Below are positions 53,008-64,000 of a DNA stretch of 64,000 nucleotides, piece by piece (the stretch's first letter is position 1; each line of letters begins with the position of its first letter). The notes beneath the pieces are model-generated. The model had not been told where the DNA came from and did not search any database. It worked only from the letters and a program-made list of their open reading frames with translations. The stretch is from the human T2T-CHM13v2.0 reference genome, Homo sapiens. The position numbers and the translations under genes are program-made. The stretch lies in assembly GCF_009914755.1 (NCBI RefSeq), contig NC_060927.1; one strand, given 5' to 3'.

Positions 53008-54711
53008 ACAGAAGAGACTCTTCTGAAAGACTCTTCAAAGCTTTGTAAAATCAGAGAAAAATGGATAGACTGCTTGAAAAATTCCTAAATCTTTTAAACG
53101 TTTAGAATTTACCAAGAATTGTGAGAGAATTTCATGATGACATTGCTGGATATTGGATACCATCTACTTGAAAAGGAAGAAGAAAACAGCATTACTTATT
53201 CAGGTCTTTCAGAACGAGGGATTCTTATAAGACAAACTGACACAAAAGTGCTTACTGAGACAGATGCCAACTTCTGGTAAGTTTTACAGTAGTAAGGTTT
53301 CATTTGCAACTCTTTTCATTAAACAGCAAGGGCCTTTGAGTCATTGCTTGGGGTAATTCTAAGATAAAAGACTTAAGAGAACATGATATGTAAATGTAAA
53401 GTGGGTTGGCTCATTGATTCCAACAGTATGTAAACCAAGTACGCTTTATGTTGTTTAGTATAATTACTGCCTAGAAAAACCAGAACTCCCACCAAGCTAC
53501 AGTCCTTGAGTTTTTAGTCAACATGTTAAATTCTAGCACTTGCCTGTTTTTGCTATTGGCTTCCCTATTGAGTGCACGGAGAAACATAGGTTGAATACCA
53601 GCTATGCCTGGGGCAAGATGTTGATTACCTCACAGTCAGAAGCAAAATAAACTATCTGCAGATATATCAGAGAACAAAAAGATTGACTTTGAAACAATGA
53701 GGAAAATTGCAATTAGGCAATTTCTATCTCCCTTTTCAAAGACAGACTTTGCCCTGCATTATTCATTTTGTATCTTTGTCTATTGACTTGAGCTTATTAT
53801 AATGCTTTCTATATTTTGATACTATGGTTATATAAGGGTGAGCTTATTATTACTTTTGTCTCTTAATTGAATGTCAATCATTTTCCATTAAAAAAATGGC
53901 ATACTTTGTGACTTCACTGATCTTTTCCTCTTCCGCTCTAATATTTTAGTACATACATTTCCTTTTATTTTACTATTTATAAAGTCATTATAAATCAAAG
54001 CAATTGCAGCAAAACAGGAAATGGTTGACGTTTTCTATCCCAAAGACTCATTCATAATTTCTCAATTACATGCAGTTTAAATACATAGCATCCAATCTGC
54101 AGTCTTTGAAATGGTGCCAGATTCCATCTGCTTTCCTGCATATTGCTATAGTTATTTCTGAGCTAGACTAAGAGAGGAATACAGAGAAAGCTAACTTGAA
54201 CACAAACCTCTCTCAACAGAACCTTACTGTTAGTCTTGCAATTTTCTGTTCAATAACCTTCTCTTACATAAATGCACAGTTCTATTGATTTCTATATCCG
54301 GCTGCTTAATAACCTCCACTAGAAACCTATTAGCATTTTTTTTTCATTCATGCCAGGGGGATCTGATACCTCTTCCTACATCATCTCAAATTCATAAAAC
54401 GTCAATTCTGACAGATTGCGAACAAAATTGCCATATGTAAATGTGGACATAAATCTTGATCCTTCTGATGTAATTTTTAGGTAACAACTCAAAATTCTAC
54501 CCAAAAGTTTAAATAATTTATGCTACTCTTTGAGAGAGTAAATCTAAAATTTTTCAAAACATAGTGTCATTGGTAAAACATTTCTATTTTAATATTTCAG
54601 CTTTTCTTCAAGATTCCCTGTTTTCTTTCCTGCTGATATCATTGATTTTCCAGGATACTTATGGTGTAATACATAATGTATATCTGAAATTTTAAAAATA
54701 AGTATGACTTT

Positions 54712-54826
54712 AGGCATAGTAGCACATGCCTGTAATATGAGCTACTTGGGAGATTGAGGTAAAAAGATCACTTGACCCCAGGGGTCCAAGAACAGCCTGG
54801 CCACTATAGCGAAATCCCACCTAAAA
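54712..54826 (+). mobile_element. FLAM/Alu monomer
   Basis: GGCATAGTAGCACATGCCTGTAAT...GATCACTTGA...CAGCCTGG. Confidence 0.75.
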
Positions 54827-55038
54827 TATATATAGCCACATTGATCAGACTTGGAGTTGACAGAATTTAACATTCCTTCAGAAAATTATATGTATCCTAA
54901 TGCTAAAGTCTGCCATCCTACAGACATTTCAGACAAATGAAACAAATGGAAAAATGTCTTATTCTTTATGTATTCAGGCTAAAGTCATGATAAAGTTATT
55001 GTATAAACATAATCTCCAACACATTCTCTGTTGGACTC

Positions 55039-55845
55039 CGTTTTAGTCTGCTTAGACAACCATGACAAAATATCTTAGATTGGGTAACCTATAAACAACA
55101 GGTATTTATTGTTCACAGTTTTGGAGGCTGGGAAGTGCAAGATCAAGACGTCAGCATATTCAGTGTCTGATGTCTGATAAGGTCCTGCTCTCTTACATGA
55201 CAGAAGAAGAGAATGCTGTGTTCTCAAATGGTGGAAAGGGCAAGGCAGCTCCCTTCAACATCTTTTATAAAGGCACTAATCCCACTTACTCATTTCCTAG
55301 AGGCCTAACTGTTAGGGACAAACTGCCCTAAAAAGCTTCTTGGTACTGCCAACACTCCACCCAAACCTCTCCGTGCTGCCCACCTTTCTCTTAAACCTTT
55401 TTACTTTTCTAAGCCCTTATCTAGGTGCCCCGGTGAAGCCAGCAGACTTTACCTGTCAGGCTTTGGTGCTATAAAGCAAACTCCAATTACAAACTATGCA
55501 GACCACACAGGGGTACGTCGTGGGAAGCATTAACAAACTTTACCTACACCCTCCGGCACCATAAACGTCACAAGGTGATATGTGGCAGAATTAACCAACA
55601 AATGAGCCCAGGGTCTCTCTCCCCCATATAAACCTCTCATTTTGTAAGCTCAGGGCTGCTTCCTGTGTCTGTAATGGAGCAGCCGGCAGGTTAAATAGAG
55701 GCTTGCCTGAACTTCGGTCTCTCTCTCGTTTTTTCTCTCAGCTAACCTTACACTAACATCTTAATACTATTGCATTGATGGGTTAGTCGGGGGAGTTAGG
55801 TTTCAAAACAAATTTTGGGAGGTTACTAACATTCGGACCATAGCA
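55039..55845 (-). mobile_element. MSTC/D-like LTR interrupted by an ERVL LTR
   Basis: TTTTAGTCTGCTT...TTGGAGGCTGGGAAGT.CAAGATCAAG; resumes TCTTAATACTATTGCATTG...ACCATAGCA. Confidence 0.8.
55310..55752 (+). mobile_element. Solo ERVL-class LTR (LTR47-like), 443 bp
   Basis: TG...CA termini, perfect 5-bp TSD CTAAC (55305-55309, 55753-55757), TATA-like CATATAAA. Confidence 0.8.
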
Positions 55846-56994
55846 GACTCACAACAAAGCTCTGCTATTCCTTAAAAAAGACATGTGGTTGCTGGCAAAA
55901 GTATCTGGATATTTTCTCCTTAGTTTTAAAACTTTTGTTTATTTCGTATCTGTTTTATTAAGATGTTAAAAGAAATATTAAATATTGGCGGCACATATTC
56001 CTTGTATGATTACTTCCACTTTTTAGGTGACTCTAAACTCTTGGCCCCTTAAATTGGATTTCTGCTATCATTCTCCTTATGTAAATATTTTTAGGTCTTC
56101 CACAAGTCTTTTGGACTTGCCAAAACATTTTATGTCTCTTGTTTCTCTAGAAGTATCAATCTCCCCCTGGAGGTCCCTCTACTGCAATGCTTTCTGTGGC
56201 AGCACAGAAACTCTGTTCATTCTTGCTAGCAACAATTTTTAAGTATGGCATGAAATCTTTTGGAATATTCTATACTGGTTTTACCAGTATAGAAGTTGCA
56301 GTCATAATTTTCTATTCCTGAGCTAGTTCAGCATAGGTTTCAACCCAGTATAGACCTCAGGCCAGAAACTTAGGTTTGCAAGAAATATTGCATTCTTTCA
56401 TTTTTTTTATGACTACACATGACTTTGATTCTAAGCCCTTATCCTGTAGGCTGGTAAGATATTCAAACTTTGTTATGCTTTGGGCTTCCCTCCATCCCCA
56501 GAGCTGACAGGGTTTTATTTAGTGCCACTGATTCTTAATGGGGAAGGAGTAGGTATCCTCTGGTAATGGTCACAGGGATGAACGCCAATACATCCCTTTT
56601 GCTCATCTCCATAGCTCACTTAGAGCCAGCTCCTCTTAGGACACAGAGATATTTCATGAAGCTGGGTTCTCCAATGTCCATGTTCTCTCTTCTTAAAACT
56701 GTCACACAGATTTTTATCTTGCTACCTTTCTGGAGTGCTGCCAGGCAGCCGGGCCAGCTCCCTACTGATCTAGGATCCACAATCTTATCCCTTGCTACCC
56801 TGGAACCCTAGTCTCCACATTGCATATAAAATTTTTGGAAGTCTTAAGTGCGAAATTTATGTTGGCTACTTCTGCTTTCTACACTGCCAGAACCTCCCTT
56901 GCTGGCACAGAGATAAAATAGAGAGGGGAATAAATCTGTAACTCAAAATGCATCCAAACTCACATAAAATAATATCTTTTGGTTATCTTTCTAT

Positions 56995-58158
56995 AGTGAA
57001 AACTGTGCTCGTAACTGAGATCTTCCTACAGCACTGAAATTCTTATTCCGGCTACTGGGAGTACAAATAGTTCTCAGCTGTCTAATATTTCTAGGAATTT
57101 GTCTTAGATTGTAATCACCCGAAAGTTTCTTCTTTCCCTCTGCACAGACAAAAACAATCCACTGAGACCACAGCATTGCAGTAGAGAAAGAGTTTAATTA
57201 ATGTGAGGTCAGTCCACATGGGAGAAGACTTCCTCAAGACAAATCAGTTTTCCCAAAGGCTCAGAGGCTAGGTTTTATATGGACAATTTGGTGGGCAGGG
57301 GGCTAGGAAATGGGTGCTGCTGATTTGGTTGAGGATGAAATCATAGGGGTGTAGAAAACTGTCCTCTTGCACTGAGTTCACCTATGTGTGGGGCCACAGG
57401 ATGAGTTGAGTCATGAGTCACGAGTCTAGCTGGGGTCAGTCTGAAAAATCTCTTAAAAAAAACCAATCTCAGGTTCTACAATAGTGATGTTATCTATAGG
57501 AGCAATTGAGGTCACAAATCTTGTAACCTCTGGCCACATGACTCCTGAGCAGTAAGGCATTATAGAACCCGCACCTACATTTTAGCAGAGTTCAGGCCCC
57601 TGTCATAGTTCTATTCTTGTGGCTTTTCATTAATCTTACAAAGACAGTTTTCAGTCCCTGAGCGAGGAGGGAGATCAGTTTTAGGGAGAAACTACTATCA
57701 TCTCTGCTTTCAAGTTAAACTATAAACTAAATTCCTTCCAGAGTTAGCTTGACCTATGCCCAGGAATGACCATGGACAGCTTGAAGGTCAGATGCAAGAT
57801 GGAGTCAACTGTGCCAGATTTATCTTATGGTCATAATGTTGCAAAAGTGGTTTCAAGCTGAATAGGCCCACCTTGCTGGAGGTCATACTCCTTCTCAGGG
57901 GCAATCTGAAGCTATTCAGGGATCAAACCCAGCCCCTTTGCTTCAACTCAGGACATATTTCAAGGGCTTTAGAAGCTTTAGAGCTCTTATGGGGTTAGCT
58001 GATCTCTTTCTGTGATTGAATAAGGGCCCAACATCTCCCTCTGCCAAGTCCGGCTTTCTTATGTTTCACGTAGATATTGACCTTGAAAACATTCCTCATT
58101 AAACATCCTGCAGGCTAATCTCCTCTTAGTCTTCTTTAGGGAAACTGACCTGCATCAA
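56995..58158 (+). mobile_element. LTR16C-like LTR split by LTR8A
   Basis: CAGCCCCTTTGCTTCAACTCAGGACA...CTCCCTCTGCCAAGTCC...ATTAAACATCCTGCA...AGGGAAACTGACCTG. Confidence 0.55.
57110..57855 (-). mobile_element. LTR8A-like ERV1 solo LTR
   Basis: TGTAATCACCCGA...CTGCACAGACAAAA...GCAAAAGTGGTTTCA; 4-bp TSD AGAT/AGCT. Confidence 0.8.
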
Positions 58159-58282
58159 GTTGGTTCCTTGTTGAGCTGGTCTTTCTATTCCTTTCATTTA
58201 AAGGTGTGGGATATAAAACCATACCACACCTAATATAACGATCTCAGATAATTCAAAGACTTATTACTCACTTGGCCATTTG

Positions 58283-59175
58283 TGTTGGGGATCAGAAAGT
58301 GATACTACTAAATATGATGCTTTGGCAAGCCGGTTGCTTTAAATTAAAGAAAACTGAAAGCCCTCAGAAATAAGCCTCACAAGCAAGGTCTCTCTCTGAT
58401 CTTTCTTCTGTCTCTCTGATTCTCTTTCTTTCTGAAGCACAAGAAGGGAGACAGTCTCTCTGGGATTTCCTTATCTGACTAAGAAAGCTTCTTTCCAAAA
58501 GAAATGCAATTGTTTTAGTATCCTCTTCCCTGGGAATCTCATTCAATAACCAGGAAATATTAACTACCAGAGTAGAGAAGAGGCTGAGAGTCTTCCCCAT
58601 ATCCAGGCAGACTTTTTATCTATTTTTCTGTGGCAGCTCAAAGAGAATACCTGGAAAGCTTTATCTGCGTAATAAGACCATCTTTGTTCACCATGATGTC
58701 CTGCCATCTCTCCCAGAACTCAGAGGAAGTTTGTTGCAGGCCATTGGTTTCTGGGCTCATTTATTTCCCTTGAAAATCATGTACTCCTATACTTCCCATC
58801 TCAGCTTCCTCTATGAAAAAAATATATAAGCATCTAGACCTCACTGGGTTATTGGGTAATCATTCTGCTGTGACTTCCCCATGTTTATGCATGTTAAGTA
58901 ATTTTTTAACATTTTATTTATGTTTTTTGAGACAGAGTCCCACTCTGTTTCCCAGGCTGAAGTGCAGTGGCATGATCATGGCTCACTGCAGCCTTCATGC
59001 CTGGGTTCAAGCAATCCTCCTGGCCTTGGCCTCCCAAAGTGCTGGGATTACAGCATGAACCACCATACCCGGCATTTAAAAAATTTTATATGCCTTTTCC
59101 TCCTATTAATCTGCATTTTGTCAGTTCATTTTCAGTGAACCTTCAGAAGGCAAAGGGGAAGTTTCCTTTCTCGAG
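58283..59175 (+). mobile_element. ERV1 LTR (LTR48/LTR29-like) with a nested Alu monomer
   Basis: TGTTGGGGATCAGAAAGTGATAC...CCTATTAATCTGC...GTGAACCTTCAGAAGGCAAAGGGGAAGTTT. Confidence 0.65.
58912..59073 (-). mobile_element. Monomer-length AluJ (left-arm 5' end joined to right-arm 3' end)
   Basis: CCCAAAGTGCTGGGATTACA joined to CACTGCAGCC/GTGCAGTGG with no A-rich linker. Confidence 0.85.
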
Positions 59176-59813
59176 CCTATATAGGCAAAACAAAATATGA
59201 AGCTGCTTAATGGTTTAGCCAAATGTCATTTTGCAGAAGCGACTTATTGTGCCCAACTTTAATTCTCTGCACAACTTTTCATTTTCTTTCCCATTCCACA
59301 CTTCTCGTAATCTTGACATTTGGGCCCTTTGGCATATATGTCTGATACCTTTAATCCTGAATCCATTTAGAATTCTTTCTAATTATTTCTAAAACCAGAA
59401 TAAAACCAGAACTTATTTTTTTTTTTGCCTCTACTCCATGTATTTTGACTTATTCTCAAGTCATCACCCCTTATATGCCTATTCAACTGATGTCTTTTGG
59501 GTTCTCCTCATGGAAACTCTCTGTCCCTGAGTGGTCTTTTCCTGATTCTGGGTTCATCTATGTAACACGTTACCAGGAATCTATGTGTCTGTCTCACAAC
59601 ATGGAGCAGATGGAGAGAAGGAACTCGGCTTTGTGGGAGTGGGCATGGCTTTTGAAACTTGTGATAGAAGTACACACAGGAAGGCAATGTGCATCAACAG
59701 GATGCTGGTCTCCTCGGAAAGGGTTTGCCCAGACAAAACATGGAACAAAACAGAAACCAGGTCAGAAAATTTAGATGGAAAAAAAAAATGGGACTAAGTG
59801 CTACAGATTCTCA

Positions 59814-60182
<369 letters not shown>

Positions 60183-60295
60183 CTATACCTGTTATCTAAT
60201 TAGAAGCCTCAGAGTCAACCTCAAAGTCCTCTTGAGAATAGGGAAGTCCTGGTGTGGAAGCATTATTCTTATTTAAAGCCTTGCTGATTGGGTGG

Positions 60296-60671
60296 TGTAT
60301 TAGTTCATTCTTAAACTGCTATAAAGAAATACCTGAAACAGTAATTTATAAAGAAAAGAGGTTTAATTGGCTCATGGTTATGCAGGCTGTACAGGAAGAA
60401 TGGCTGGGGAGGTCTCAGGAAACTTACAATCATGGCGAAAGGCAAAGCAGGCACATCTTACATAAGTAGAGCAGGAGAAAGAGATAGAAGTGGGAGGTGC
60501 TACACGCTTTTAAGCAACAAGATCTCATGAGAACTCGCTCATCACTATCATGAGATTAGCAAGGGGGAAATCCGCCCCCATGATATAATCACCTCCCACC
60601 AGGTCCCTCCTCCAACATTGGGGATTACAATTTGACTTAAGAGGTCAGGGACACAAATCCAAACCATATCA
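60296..60671 (-). mobile_element. MSTA/THE1D-type solo LTR
   Basis: TGTATTAGTTCATTCTT...CAAACCATATCA; TSD GGTGG/CGTGG. Confidence 0.9.
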
Positions 60672-61450
60672 CGTGGTTTGAGAGGTGTCTATCAATTTGA
60701 CCTGGGAATTAGGACATAAACAATTTTCAGGAGGAAGATTATAGATCACACTCACATAATTACCTAGTGGTAGAAAAATGACTCCAAACCATTTTGTTAA
60801 TTAAAAAAAGGGGGGTTTATATAAAGTGTGCTACCAAACTCTTTGAAGCAATCCTTTCTTCTAATTCCCTTCTCATGTCAAAGAATGTGTTGCAGTTGAT
60901 TACTTTATGGTGATTTCCATATTGGTAAGCAATTTGTCTAGAACAAAGCATAAGAATACAAAATCAGAGACTTACTATAAATTCTTCTAAAATTCAAATT
61001 CTTCAGCTCAACTTACTTCTCTTCCTCCCCTTCAGGCACAGAACTGTTCTATTAGCACATTTAAATTTCTCTTTTCTTTTAGATCTGTGTGCCAATTTCT
61101 TAAACAGATATTGTAATGCCTTCTTCCAACTAATTCATGGAGCTATACTTCCAATCAATTTCATCCGTTTAAAACAGTTAGCAATTGTGTGCAAAAGGTG
61201 AAATTTCTCCTTCTAGATCTGAGTTTTTCCATTCTGGGAAAAGTATTTGAATGTGGCACAGCAGGCTGCGATATGTTTTAATCCAGGGATCACAACATTC
61301 TTTGCTGATTATTAACTTATAATAGACAAAAAAAAAGTAGAAAGAGAATCAGGAGAGAGAAAAGTAGGGGGAATTGGCAAAGACAAAGAGATTGACAGTA
61401 CCTGAGGGAAATAAAATTTAGGAGAGTTGTTCTGCTTAAAATATTTCTAA

Positions 61451-63892
<2,442 letters not shown>

Positions 63893-64000
63893 CAGATTCC
63901 AAAGAGTGGATCTTGGTTAGTTAAATTTCAATGTCTTTTGGGAGGAGAAACATATAGGCATTGGGGCTTCATCATGTCACCTAAATCAAAATCAAATTTG

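Noticed and set aside
61083-61197. Strong acceptor with a 115-nt interval open in one frame
   Set aside because: Weak donor (GTGAAA), unrecognisable peptide and no partner exons

Overview
Human (hominid) non-coding genomic DNA, AT-rich and dominated by interspersed repeats. The species call rests on a consensus-like AluYb8, a human-specific subfamily. I can support no protein-coding gene, RNA gene or CpG island. The ORFs I can recognise are L1 ORF2 remnants, Alu or MaLR read-throughs or microsatellite translations; the rest look like chance ORFs. Contents: an old L1M (1-4.2 kb, minus), several L1PA 3' fragments, about 13 Alus, L2/MIR relics, and many LTR elements including a full MSTA provirus, an internally deleted MST provirus and nested ERV LTRs. 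I found no new biological system. The informative signals are mechanistic footprints: an L1 3' transduction with its own AATAAA, second A-tail and 17-bp TSD (52.8 kb); a recent 220-bp dispersed duplication of L2-derived DNA (25.6/27.7 kb); an L1 whose inverted 5' piece comes from the distant 5'UTR (6 kb); a template-switch micro-inversion in L1 ORF2 (1.9 kb); and a young, possibly polymorphic AluYb8. Subfamily names come from recalled consensus sequences and need RepeatMasker/Dfam confirmation. Boundaries of old repeats are approximate.
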